From Candidatus Omnitrophota bacterium (GTDB taxonomy: Bacteria > Omnitrophota > Gorgyraeia > Gygaellales > Profunditerraquicolaceae): a DNA stretch of 64,000 nt. The position numbers and the translations under genes were made by a program. Below, in pieces: positions 47,577 to 56,853 of the stretch (position 1 is its first letter; each line of letters begins with the position of its first letter). The notes under the pieces are model-generated. The model was not told the DNA's origin and searched no databases. It was given only the letters and a program-made list of their open reading frames with translations. Location of the stretch: assembly GCA_017992455.1 (NCBI GenBank), contig JAGOOP010000007.1, positions 2,335 through 66,334 on the forward strand, written 5' to 3'.

Positions 47577-48566
47577 CTACCACTGGATGATCGCCGATCC
47601 GCGCACGAGCCCTGCGCCGAACGCCACGAGCACGACAATATCGCCCTTTTTGATCTTGCCTTCCTGAGCGGCCTCGACCATGGCGGTCGCGGTCGATGCA
47701 GAGGACATATTGCCGTATTTATCGATATTAAGGTATACCTGGGCGTTGACGAACCCGAGCCGCTTGGAGACCGCGTCGATAATACGAAGATTTGCCTGAT
47801 GCGGAATGATCCAGTTGATATCGGCGCATTTCAATCCCGCCTGCTTGAGCGCCGTCTGCGCCGCCTCGACCATTGACATGACCGCGATCTTGAAGACCTC
47901 GTTGCCCGCCATTTTGATATAATTCTGGCGCTCGTCGAGCGTCTGCTGGGATGACGGGATACGGGAACCGCCTGCGGGCATATACAATAATCCCGTATAT
48001 TGCCCTTCGCACCCCATATACGAGGACAGTATCCCGCCGGACTGGACTTCTCCCAGAACGGCAGCGCCCGCGCCGTCGCCGAACAAAACACAGGTCGAAC
48101 GGTCCTTCCAATCGGTGATGCGGGACAATACCTCCGCGCCGACGACAAGCGCGTTCCTGCACGCGCCCCCTGAAATGAACTTTTCGGCAACGGCAAGCGC
48201 ATAAATAAACCCCGCGCAGGCGGCGGAAATATCGAAACAGATCGCGTTCCTGGCGCCGAGCTTTGCCTGCACAAAACAGGCGGTCGCCGGGAACTGCACA
48301 TCGGGGGTGATCGTCGCTATGATGATCAGGTCCAGGTCCTCGGGCTTTATCTGCGCCTGATCGAGCGCCTGCCGCGCCGCATTGACCGCCAGGTCGCTCG
48401 TCGCCTCATCCGGTGCGACAATGCGCCGCTCTTTGATGCCCGTGCGGGTCGTGATCCATTCGTCGGACGTTTCGACCATCTTCTCAAGGTCGGCGTTGGT
48501 CAGGACCTTCGAAGGCAGATACTTGCCGACGCCTATAATACCTACTTTTTTCATGGTTTTGGTCAA
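47577..48566 (-). CDS. fabH: beta-ketoacyl-ACP synthase III
   Basis: SAACAGF (active Cys), HQANLRI and GFGAG motifs. Confidence 0.9.
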   Translation of the reverse strand: MTKTMKKVGIIGVGKYLPSKVLTNADLEKMVETSDEWITTRTGIKERRIVAPDEATSDLAVNAARQALDQAQIKPEDLDLIIIATITPDVQFPATACFVQAKLGARNAICFDISAACAGFIYALAVAEKFISGGACRNALVVGAEVLSRITDWKDRSTCVLFGDGAGAAVLGEVQSGGILSSYMGCEGQYTGLLYMPAGGSRIPSSQQTLDERQNYIKMAGNEVFKIAVMSMVEAAQTALKQAGLKCADINWIIPHQANLRIIDAVSKRLGFVNAQVYLNIDKYGNMSSASTATAMVEAAQEGKIKKGDIVVLVAFGAGLVRGSAIIQW

Positions 48567-49609
48567 TCCTTCTGCCCCGCCTCTGAAACATCAGAAGCTT
48601 CGGAATGGGATAAAACGACATTTTCGGATTCGATCGCGGCAACGAGCTTTTCGGTGAACCGATTCTCCACTTCGGCCTTGGCGACACGGATCGCGTTCTT
48701 GACCGCTTTCGCGTTCGACCTGCCGTGTCCGATGATGACGACGCCGTTGACGCCCAGAAGCGGCGCGCCGCCGTATTCGGAATAATCAATGTCCTTTTTG
48801 AACCGCCGGAGGCTCGACCTCAAAAGGAGCGCGCCGAGTATGCCCAGCGGATTGCTCAAAATATGTTTTTTCAGGAATTTCTGCATGGCTTCGGCAAGCG
48901 ATTCCGACACCTTCAGCGTCACGTTGCCGACAAAACCGTCGCAGATGACGATGTCGCATTCGCCGCTGAACAGGTGCTTTCCTTCCACGTTGCCGATGAA
49001 ATTCAGGTGCGTTTTGGACAGAAGCTCGAACGAGTCTTTCAGGAATTCGGTCCCCTTGGATTCCTCTTCCCCGACGTTCAACAGCCCGACGGCCGGGTTC
49101 TTCATGCCGAGGATATCGCTGCCGTAAATTTCAGCCATGAGGCCGTACTGCATAAGATGGAGGGGTTTAGGGTCGATATTAGCGCCGACGTCCATAATAA
49201 GGAACATGCCTTTGAGGCTCGGCATGACGATCGCAATGCCCGGCCGCTCGACACCGGGAAGGAGCCCGAGCGTCAATGTCCCCGCGCACACCGCAGCGCC
49301 CGTATTGCCCGCCGATACGAACGCGTCCGCTTTGCCGTCCCGCACGAGCTTCAATCCCACGACAATGGACGAATTACGCTTGCGCCTGACGCTCGTTGCC
49401 GCCGGATCGTGCATCTCGATCACTTCGGTGGAAGGGCAGACGGAAAGTTTGTCGGATTTGAATTGCGCCTTCTCGATCAAAGCCCTGATCCTCGCCTCAT
49501 CGCCCACAAGGACGACCTCGACGCCGTATTCCTTGATCGCGGCAATAGCCCCTTCGACCACGACATCAGGCGCGTGATCCCCGCCCATAGCATCAACGAC
49601 TATTTTCAT
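48563..49609 (-). CDS. plsX: phosphate acyltransferase
   Basis: MKIVVDAMGGDHAP...SAGNTGA... Confidence 0.9.
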   Translation of the reverse strand: MKIVVDAMGGDHAPDVVVEGAIAAIKEYGVEVVLVGDEARIRALIEKAQFKSDKLSVCPSTEVIEMHDPAATSVRRKRNSSIVVGLKLVRDGKADAFVSAGNTGAAVCAGTLTLGLLPGVERPGIAIVMPSLKGMFLIMDVGANIDPKPLHLMQYGLMAEIYGSDILGMKNPAVGLLNVGEEESKGTEFLKDSFELLSKTHLNFIGNVEGKHLFSGECDIVICDGFVGNVTLKVSESLAEAMQKFLKKHILSNPLGILGALLLRSSLRRFKKDIDYSEYGGAPLLGVNGVVIIGHGRSNAKAVKNAIRVAKAEVENRFTEKLVAAIESENVVLSHSEASDVSEAGQKD

Positions 49610-49621
49610 ATTATGTAAGGG

Positions 49622-49825
49622 TTATTTCTCTTTCTTTTTCTCGGCTTTGACCTTGATCTCCACTGCCTGCTTACCCGCATATGTCCCGCACACAGGGCAG
49701 ACGCGGTGGGAAAGCTTGGGAGTCTTGCATTGAGGACAGACGGAAAGCCCCGGATTGGCTATCTTCCAGTGGGTCCTGCGTTTTTTGCCGCGGGTGCTCG
49801 AATGTCTTCGTTTCGGTAATGGCAT
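49622..49825 (-). CDS. rpmF: 50S ribosomal protein L32
   Basis: MPLPKRRHSSTRGKKRRTHWK... with CPQC...CPVC zinc ribbon. Confidence 0.95.
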   Translation of the reverse strand: MPLPKRRHSSTRGKKRRTHWKIANPGLSVCPQCKTPKLSHRVCPVCGTYAGKQAVEIKVKAEKKKEK

Positions 49826-49842
49826 GGTGTTTCCTCCTTATA

Positions 49843-50253
49843 TTAATCACAACCGCATTTTGCGACGGTATTGAGATTCGCCCCGCACCGCGGGCACAAA
49901 CCTTTGCATGCTTCACTGCACAATGGCTTCAGGGGATAATCGAGCATGATATGGTCCCTGATATCCGGGTCCAGATCGATCAACCGCATGCCTTTTTCGA
50001 CCTGATAATCCACGGAGAAGCCCTCATCGAGCTCGACCTTGAATTCAGACAGGCACCGGCAGCATACCAGAACAAGCGTTCCCCGGACGTTCAATGACGC
50101 GTTCACGACATCATTGATCCGCTCGAGCCGGGCTTCTATCTTCAGGGGTGCGCGAAAACAGGCGATCTCGGTGTTCAGATCGAGTTTCTGCGGATCAGCA
50201 TCTTCCTGGACCTGAAGCCCTTCGGGCCTGATCCGGTCAACCGGTACCTTCAT
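49843..50253 (-). CDS. yceD: YceD/DUF177 family protein (23S rRNA accumulation protein)
   Basis: CCRCL...DPDIRDHIMLDYPLKPLCSEACKGLCPRCGANLN. Upstream of rpmF, as is usual. Confidence 0.8.
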   Translation of the reverse strand: MKVPVDRIRPEGLQVQEDADPQKLDLNTEIACFRAPLKIEARLERINDVVNASLNVRGTLVLVCCRCLSEFKVELDEGFSVDYQVEKGMRLIDLDPDIRDHIMLDYPLKPLCSEACKGLCPRCGANLNTVAKCGCD

Positions 50254-50731
50254 GGCGGATCTTTTTTTTCAGCGCCAGAGCGATGAACTTCGGCACGAAC
50301 GACGACAGGTCAGCGCCAAGCGCAGCGCCTTCTTTTAACAATTTCGAAGATATATAGCTGAACGTTTCCTGCGGCATAAGGAAGATCGTTTCGATATCCG
50401 GCGCCAGCTTCCTGTTGGTCAATGCCATCTGGAACTCATATTCGTAATCGGAAAGCATGCGCACGCCCCTGATCAGAACATGCGTCTTATGATCTGCCGC
50501 AAACTTCACCGCCAGGCCGTTAAAATCGGTCACGCTCACGCCCTTCATCCCCTGCGTCGCTTTTTTTAGCATCGTTACCCGTTCGGCAACGGAAAAAAGA
50601 GGCCTTTTCTGAGGATTATGCGCGACCGCCACGATAACCTCGGGAAATATCTCGCGCGCCCGCTTGATGATATCAAGATGGCCGAATGTGCACGGATCGA
50701 AAGTGCCTGGATATATTGCCCGGCGGCTCAT
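50237..50731 (-). CDS. coaD: phosphopantetheine adenylyltransferase
   Basis: AIYPGTFDPCTFGHLDII and ISSKLLKE motifs. Confidence 0.9.
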   Translation of the reverse strand: MSRRAIYPGTFDPCTFGHLDIIKRAREIFPEVIVAVAHNPQKRPLFSVAERVTMLKKATQGMKGVSVTDFNGLAVKFAADHKTHVLIRGVRMLSDYEYEFQMALTNRKLAPDIETIFLMPQETFSYISSKLLKEGAALGADLSSFVPKFIALALKKKIRHEGTG

Positions 50732-51282
50732 GGATGGTTATAAAACGACAGTACGGTGTCCCCGTACCTGGACTGTTTGAATAAAACCAAATTCCCCTGC
50801 CTTGCAGGCAAGGGATCCTTTTTAAAATGCTGGATTATCAGGAATCCTGAAATATTGTTTAATATATCATATTTTTCAATGCGTTGCAAGATTTTTTCTG
50901 ATAATCCTTGATAATAAGGAGGGTCGGCAAAGACGACATCGAACCTCCGCCCCTGTGCGGCAAGCCGGGCAACGGCTTCCATCGCGTCATCCTGATAGAC
51001 CTCGACAGCAGGCGCAGCCCTGCCTTGTTTCAAAGAGGCGATATTCGCTTCAATAGTATGCACGCCCTTTCTGTCCTGTTCGATAAAGACCACGGTCTGC
51101 GCTCCCATGGACAAGGCCTCAAGGCCGACACTGCCTGAACCGGCGAAAAGCTCCAGAAAAGACGATCCGGACATATCACCAAGAATATCAAATAAAGCCT
51201 TGCGCACCCGGTCCTCTGTGGGCCTGATACCCGCCGGCGCTTTCAACACGATCCCTTTATATATCCCGCTGATTATGCGCAT
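50728..51282 (-). CDS. rsmD: 16S rRNA (guanine966-N2)-methyltransferase
   Basis: RIISG.YKG..L......RPT.DRVRKALF and DPPY motifs. Confidence 0.85.
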   Translation of the reverse strand: MRIISGIYKGIVLKAPAGIRPTEDRVRKALFDILGDMSGSSFLELFAGSGSVGLEALSMGAQTVVFIEQDRKGVHTIEANIASLKQGRAAPAVEVYQDDAMEAVARLAAQGRRFDVVFADPPYYQGLSEKILQRIEKYDILNNISGFLIIQHFKKDPLPARQGNLVLFKQSRYGDTVLSFYNHP

Positions 51283-51283
51283 A

Positions 51284-53359
51284 TCAACCTGCCATAGAAA
51301 GTTTTTCGTATTCCGGGAACCGCTCCATGATCTTGCGTTTCAAAGGTTGATGGGGCTTCTCCTTCAGGCAGGGATCATCGGAAACCAGGCTCACGGCCTC
51401 TTCCCTGGCTTTTTTCAAAAGATGCATCTGCGTCAAAGGATTGCCGATGCGCAAGCCGGTCAGGCCGTGCTGGCGGCTGCCGAAATACTCGCCCGGTCCG
51501 CGGATCTTAAGGTCCTCTTCCGCGATGACAAACCCGTCATTCGACCTGACCATTGCCTCAAGCCGCGCTCTGGCTTCTTCCGTAGCGGCATCGGAGATCA
51601 GGATGCACGTCGAGGCATGCGCCCCCCTGCCGATCCTGCCCCGGAGCTGATGCAGCTGCGACAGGCCGAACCGGTCTGCGTGTTCGATCACCATGCACGA
51701 GGCATTCGCGACATCGATGCCGACCTCCAGCACGGTCGTGGCTATGAGGATATTCACCTTCCCCGCCTTGAAGCCGGCCATGACCGCATCCTGTTCCGGC
51801 TGTTTAAGCCTGCCGTGTATGAGCCCGACATTCAGATCCTTGAATATCCTGTTTTTGAATTCCTCATACATCCTTTCGGCGCTTAAAAGGTCCATGGCAT
51901 AGGATTCTTCGATAAGCGGGTACACGACATATACCTGCCTGCCTGAAGAGACCTCTTTCCTGATCTGCGAATACAGCCATGGCCGCTGTTCTTCCGTGAT
52001 CCGGCGGGTAACGACCGGCTGGCGGCCGGGCGGAAGCATGGTAATTGCGGAAATATCCAGGTCCCCGTATATGGTGATGGCAAGGGTCCGGGGTATTGGC
52101 GTGGCGGTCATGATAAGAACGTCCGGATTATTACCTTTCCGGGGCAAGAGCGCCCGCTGGCCCACGCCGAAACGGTGCTGTTCGTCGATAACGACCAGGC
52201 CGAGATCCCTGAACCTGACGGTTTCTTCCAATAACGCGTGCGTGCCGATAACAAGGTCGATGCGGCCTTCCTGGATCTCTTTGACGATCCTCTCGCGATC
52301 TTTTTTCGACGCGCCTGCGGTCAACAAACCGACCCTGACCCTGCCTGCCTGGAATGATATCTTTTCAAAATGCTGCTTTGCAAGGATCTCGGTCGGGACC
52401 ATGAACGCCGCCTGATATCCTCCCTGTATAGCCATCATCGCGGCAGCGGTCGCGACAACGGTCTTGCCTGAACCGACATCGCCCTGCAAGAGCCGGTGCA
52501 TGGGCTGGGGCGCTGCCATGTCAGCGCGGATCTCTTCCAGGACCTGCTCCTGGCTCTTTGTCAGGCTGAACGCAAGACGCTTCATAAAGCCGTCGACAAG
52601 CGCACCCCTGGTCGTATGGCTGATGCCGGATACCTGCTTTCTTCTCAGCTTGCGCATGATAAGCGGGACCTGGAACAGAAAAAATTCCTCAAAAGCAAGC
52701 CTGCCGTATGCCTTTGCGCGCACAGCCTCATCCCGGGGGAAATGGATGTTGCAAATGCTCTGCTCGAGATCGAGAAAATCACTGCCCGCAAGCACCCGGG
52801 ATGGAAGAAAATCAGTTATCCGGCAGGCATATTTTTCGATCGCGCATTTCATGAGTTTGCGAAAACTACGCTGGCCAATGCCTGAGGGCAGGGTATAAAC
52901 CGGCACGATGCGGCCGATATTAAGGGACTCGTCAGCCGGATCATCGGATACAAGCTCGAACTCCGGATTCGACATCTGCAGCCTGCCGGCGTATATCTGC
53001 GGCTTGCCGTACAGTATCACTTCGCTCTGGGGCTTCAGATACTGCTTGATATACGGCTGATTGAACCAGACACATTCGAGTTTTCCGGTCTTATCGTCAA
53101 CCAACGCCTGCGTAATGCAAAAACCCTTTCTGCGCCATGACCGGCGCTCATTGCTCACCAGGATCTTTGCCTTGATCGTCTGCGGCTCTCCTTCGCGCAG
53201 CATCGCGATAGAAGCGAAGTTCGTGCGGTCCTCGTATCTGCGGGGAAAATAGTAGAACAGGTCTTCCACTGTCCTGATGCCGCGGCAGGCAAAGCTCTCC
53301 GCCCTTTTCGGGCCTATGCCTTTGAGATACCGTATCGGAATATCCTGAAGTCGTTCCAT
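51284..53359 (-). CDS. recG: ATP-dependent DNA helicase RecG
   Basis: 691 aa. Wedge domain, then GDVGSGKT, VIDEQHRFG, TATPIPRT and QLRGRIGRG. Confidence 0.9.
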   Translation of the reverse strand: MERLQDIPIRYLKGIGPKRAESFACRGIRTVEDLFYYFPRRYEDRTNFASIAMLREGEPQTIKAKILVSNERRSWRRKGFCITQALVDDKTGKLECVWFNQPYIKQYLKPQSEVILYGKPQIYAGRLQMSNPEFELVSDDPADESLNIGRIVPVYTLPSGIGQRSFRKLMKCAIEKYACRITDFLPSRVLAGSDFLDLEQSICNIHFPRDEAVRAKAYGRLAFEEFFLFQVPLIMRKLRRKQVSGISHTTRGALVDGFMKRLAFSLTKSQEQVLEEIRADMAAPQPMHRLLQGDVGSGKTVVATAAAMMAIQGGYQAAFMVPTEILAKQHFEKISFQAGRVRVGLLTAGASKKDRERIVKEIQEGRIDLVIGTHALLEETVRFRDLGLVVIDEQHRFGVGQRALLPRKGNNPDVLIMTATPIPRTLAITIYGDLDISAITMLPPGRQPVVTRRITEEQRPWLYSQIRKEVSSGRQVYVVYPLIEESYAMDLLSAERMYEEFKNRIFKDLNVGLIHGRLKQPEQDAVMAGFKAGKVNILIATTVLEVGIDVANASCMVIEHADRFGLSQLHQLRGRIGRGAHASTCILISDAATEEARARLEAMVRSNDGFVIAEEDLKIRGPGEYFGSRQHGLTGLRIGNPLTQMHLLKKAREEAVSLVSDDPCLKEKPHQPLKRKIMERFPEYEKLSMAG

Positions 53360-53372
53360 AGGATAAAACTTA

Positions 53373-53466
53373 GAAAACTTAGGGACGGTTCTCTTCGAAA
53401 ACTTAGGGACGGTTCTCTTCGAGAACCGTCCCTAAGTTTTCGAAGTTTTTGACCCCGTTTTTAGCA
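53373..53466. repeat. composite repeat: family B (two direct copies plus one inverted) followed by a family A right-arm remnant
   Basis: GAAAACTTAGGGACGGTTCTCTTC occurs at 53373-53396 and again at 53397-53420. Its reverse complement lies at 53421-53441. TTTTTGACCCCGTTTTTAGC follows at 53447-53466. Confidence 0.85.
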
Positions 53467-54106
53467 GTTCTTTCGCATAAATATAGACGCTGATGTCGCT
53501 GCCGGTGATATATCTGAAATACGTCCTTTTCTTCTGAAATACCAGCGTGAAGCCGCTGCGCTCAAAAAACGAGCCCGCCTCCGGGGAATATGTGGCAAGA
53601 CGCACGCCGGGGATACGAAACTCCTTGAGATACGTCAAAAACGATGACATTAACCGCGTCCCTGCGCCCATGCGGCGGAACCCTTGGGCAAGATTGATAT
53701 GCATAGTAGCCGGATACGCTCGGGTAAGATCAGGAACGCTAAACTCCCCGCAGATCAAACTATTGAGCATATGCAGGCCGAACCGGAGGTTCTTTGCCCG
53801 CAACAAAACATCGCGGCACGCCAGTTGTCCGATAAGGCGCGGAGCAATACGGCGCATCGAGACCCGGTCGAGCCTGGCTGAATCGCGGCAGCCCAGTAAA
53901 TAGCCGACGATGGTATTATCCGATTCAGCGACAAAACATGACTCCGGCTCGTAATCGGTGAAATATCCGGTCAAGAGGTCCTTCAAAAACTCTTCGCTCT
54001 CGAAAAAAGCGGACGCCGGAGCTCCCCGGTATGCCGTATCCCAGGCGATCTGCCGTACCCTGCTGCGGTCACGCGGCTGATAGTGCCGGACAACAAACGA
54101 TCCCAT
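53432..54106 (-). CDS. GNAT family N-acetyltransferase
   Basis: 224 aa. VVRHYQPRDRSRVRQI... and the acetyl-CoA motif QGFRRMGAGTRLM. The last 11 codons and the stop are encoded by the repeat element. Confidence 0.7.
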   Translation of the reverse strand: MGSFVVRHYQPRDRSRVRQIAWDTAYRGAPASAFFESEEFLKDLLTGYFTDYEPESCFVAESDNTIVGYLLGCRDSARLDRVSMRRIAPRLIGQLACRDVLLRAKNLRFGLHMLNSLICGEFSVPDLTRAYPATMHINLAQGFRRMGAGTRLMSSFLTYLKEFRIPGVRLATYSPEAGSFFERSGFTLVFQKKRTYFRYITGSDISVYIYAKELLKTGSKTSKT

Positions 54107-54107
54107 C

Positions 54108-55448
54108 TCAACGGACCTCTAATATACGCCAGGATGCCGCATCCAGAGGCACGCGGAAAAAACGCCTTCTGGCCCGCGCCATGATATAATCCGGATCTCC
54201 CAGGCTGGCAAGAGGGATTGAAATATGCGCGGTCGTCCCCTCAAATGCAAGCTTCGAGCCCTTGATGAATACGACATCTTTCTTGTTCTTGATGCGCATG
54301 CCCCGCCACCCGACCGTGATCGTCAACTTGGGCATGCGGCTGAAATCCTTTTTCCGGTTATACCCGAGCAGGTGTATATACAACCCGATCCGTTTGTCGA
54401 CCTTTCTTCTCAGCGCCACCTTGATGCGCAGGTCATTGCCCGCAACCGCATACTGCAGGAATGAGCCGTTGCCCTGAGGCCCGTTGCCTTCTCCGACCGC
54501 CTGCCATCGTATCGAACTATCATCCGCGCACCGGGGAATGATCACCGGGTCGAAATCCCCGAACAGTTCATTCGCACGCGCAAAGGTATACAGATAGGGC
54601 GGATTATACGCGATCTGGCTCTTGTAAAAGCCGATCGCTTTTTGTTTATTCGAAATCTCCTCTTGGGTCAGCGATAATTCATACCATGAAAGGTTTGCCA
54701 GGGATTTGGGCGGCTTCAGCGCGAGCTTCGGGTGCCTGCCCCGCGGCCGGGGCCATCCGATCACATGTATGAGATACGGATATACCTGAGGCTCTTCTAT
54801 GCGTCCTGCAAGGTCCCATAAGGCCACGGACAGGAATAAATACAGGGATTGATGGTCGCGGTTGGTGTCGGCAGGATGAGAAACGAATATCCTGGTCGGT
54901 TTGTACGCCATGATGATCGTCTTGAGATCGGAAAGGATGCTTTCGCCGACATACGGCGCGCCGATGGACAATGCGTCCTGATAGGGGACTTTCCGCACGC
55001 GAGGCAGCCAACTGCGATAGGGCCTGGCGGTATCCCAGTACTTCGTCAGGATCTCCATGGTGCCGAAATCCGGGTATCCCATATAATCGACGTCATGCTC
55101 TTTGATCCCGAGGAACTTCATGGCCTCCATGGTCTCCCGCGCGCGGACCGCGCCCATATGGAGGAAGATCCCTTTGCGGAACGTCAGGCGTTTTTCGTAT
55201 ACGATAAAAGAAAACTCATTATTGTCTCCGTTGGTATAGCAGACGACCTTGACCGAACTGCCTGCCTTGACCGCGCGCTGGATCACGCCTCCTGTCGCTA
55301 TTGCCTCATCATCGGGATGCGGAGCCAGAATAAGCACACGGTCGCGGCTCGAAAATTCCGGCAATGCCGTCTGCGCCCACAGAGCGGGCCTGCCGCAGCA
55401 GGCGGCGAGAAGAAGGATAAAAAATAGCCTTGAAATCCGGCGGTTCAT
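54108..55448 (-). CDS. secreted PIG-L/LmbE family deacetylase with extra C-terminal domain
   Basis: The ATG at 55448 gives the signal peptide MNRRISRLFFILLLAACCGRPALWA. LILAPHPDDEAIATGG is the LmbE zinc motif. About 200 aa of uncharacterised C-terminus follow. Confidence 0.7.
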   Translation of the reverse strand: MNRRISRLFFILLLAACCGRPALWAQTALPEFSSRDRVLILAPHPDDEAIATGGVIQRAVKAGSSVKVVCYTNGDNNEFSFIVYEKRLTFRKGIFLHMGAVRARETMEAMKFLGIKEHDVDYMGYPDFGTMEILTKYWDTARPYRSWLPRVRKVPYQDALSIGAPYVGESILSDLKTIIMAYKPTRIFVSHPADTNRDHQSLYLFLSVALWDLAGRIEEPQVYPYLIHVIGWPRPRGRHPKLALKPPKSLANLSWYELSLTQEEISNKQKAIGFYKSQIAYNPPYLYTFARANELFGDFDPVIIPRCADDSSIRWQAVGEGNGPQGNGSFLQYAVAGNDLRIKVALRRKVDKRIGLYIHLLGYNRKKDFSRMPKLTITVGWRGMRIKNKKDVVFIKGSKLAFEGTTAHISIPLASLGDPDYIMARARRRFFRVPLDAASWRILEVR

Positions 55449-55540
55449 ATGGCATGCTTTATATGCAAGAAGGAAAAAGCTCATCTTTCAAGCAAGGAGG
55501 ACGGTCGATAGCGAAAAGCTATTAAGGCCTATCACCTGCG

Positions 55541-55573
55541 AAAAACCCCAAGTAACCATTCTTGGGGTTTTTT
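55541..55573 (-). terminator. intrinsic terminator downstream of the octaheme cytochrome gene
   Basis: AAAAACCCCAAG-(8 nt)-CTTGGGGTTTTTT. An A-run and a T-run flank the stem, so it is usable in both orientations. Confidence 0.7.
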
Positions 55574-55598
55574 GTCGAGTGTCAAACGGACCTCTCTC

Positions 55599-56837
55599 TC
55601 ATCGTTTTTCTTTTCTCATCCGCGCCGCCGTTTCCCGGATCTCGGTCAGCGCCTGCTGCATAGCGCTCCAACCGTACCAGAATGTATAGTCCGGATTATT
55701 ATGGAACGCTCCCTGGAATGCCCGCATGCGGTATTCCGCGAACATGCGAAACAGTTTTTGTTCGATCGCCGAAGACACGTCATGGAACGCCAGGAGGTCC
55801 GGATATCCTGTTGTTCCTCCGGCCGGATCTTTCAGTATGCCGTCTTCGTAAAGGCCGCCGACGATCGTGACCGCCTCGGCCATAAGCCGGTCCGCTTCCC
55901 TGATCATTTGATCGTTCTTCTCGAACCGCGTTTTGACAAAACGGCCGGAATGGCATTGCGAGCAGGTCTTGATCATGCGGTCCCGCTCTTGCTGCCAATC
56001 CTCCTGCGTCAGGCGCACCGCATCGATGATTTTGACGGCTTCGAACCGCGGCGTCGTTTTGCCTGCCGCGTCAATGACCCCCAGGGCCCGCAATATGACC
56101 GCGCGGTCAGCTGCCCATTGCTCGTCCTGCGGCATGGGCAAACGGACGGCGAGAAACCCCCACGCGGTGCGGACCATATGGTCGCCTTCTTTCATATGGC
56201 ACATCTGGCAGGACGGTGCCTGCAACCCTTCGGCAAGAACCTTGTTCTGCTGCAGCAAATACCGCACCCCGTGCTTCGAGCCCGAATACATCTCCCATTG
56301 CGGATGATCGAAACCCATATGGCATGTCTGGCATGCCTGCGGCTGGCGCGCTTCCTGAACGGAGAAACGATGGCGCGTATGGCACGCGTTGCACGCCGTC
56401 ATTCCGTATCCGCCGCGCTTCCGGCCGAGGCCCCTGATCTCGCTCTCCGGCTTGACCCCTATCTTATGGCAACCGCCGCAGCCGAGCATACCGTCGATAA
56501 GCGTCTGGGCCTGCCGGTGGACCGTGGGCATGGCCTTCATCGCCTCCCATGCGCGAGCGTGCTTGCCTTTGAGATACCGGCCTGATTGCTTCGCGTGGCA
56601 TTTCCCGCATACTGCCTGTGTGGGAATGGAGGCCTTGTCCGCGTCGCGTGCGCCGGCATGTTCCGTCCCGTGGCAGGCGCCGCAGCCGATCGAAGCGCCG
56701 GCATGTTTGCTTGCCTTCCAATCAAGCACGATATCAGGGGTCACCCGCGTATGGCACTCGACGCAGTCAGGCGCGGCATACACGTGCGAAACGCACAGAC
56801 ACATTACTGCCGCACAGCCGCATGCATGCCGGAACAT
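55599..56837 (-). CDS. octaheme c-type cytochrome, hydroxylamine-oxidoreductase (HAO)-like family
   Basis: There are eight CxxCH motifs (CVECH, CGACH, CGKCH, CGGCH, CNACH, CQTCH, CQMCH, CSQCH). HAO-like stretches are CHMGFDHPQWEMYSGSKHG and FHNNPDYTFWYGW. The ATG at 56837 is preceded by GGGAGGTG and gives a signal peptide ending VYA/AP. Confidence 0.85.
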   Translation of the reverse strand: MFRHACGCAAVMCLCVSHVYAAPDCVECHTRVTPDIVLDWKASKHAGASIGCGACHGTEHAGARDADKASIPTQAVCGKCHAKQSGRYLKGKHARAWEAMKAMPTVHRQAQTLIDGMLGCGGCHKIGVKPESEIRGLGRKRGGYGMTACNACHTRHRFSVQEARQPQACQTCHMGFDHPQWEMYSGSKHGVRYLLQQNKVLAEGLQAPSCQMCHMKEGDHMVRTAWGFLAVRLPMPQDEQWAADRAVILRALGVIDAAGKTTPRFEAVKIIDAVRLTQEDWQQERDRMIKTCSQCHSGRFVKTRFEKNDQMIREADRLMAEAVTIVGGLYEDGILKDPAGGTTGYPDLLAFHDVSSAIEQKLFRMFAEYRMRAFQGAFHNNPDYTFWYGWSAMQQALTEIRETAARMRKEKR

Positions 56838-56853
56838 ACCGCACCTCCCTATG

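Noticed and set aside
18756-53466. Whether the recurring GGGGTCAGAATTATTTATTT repeats form a CRISPR array
   Set aside because: The copies are dispersed one per intergenic gap, many kb apart. They occur as inverted pairs rather than regularly spaced direct repeats with spacers. No cas genes are present.
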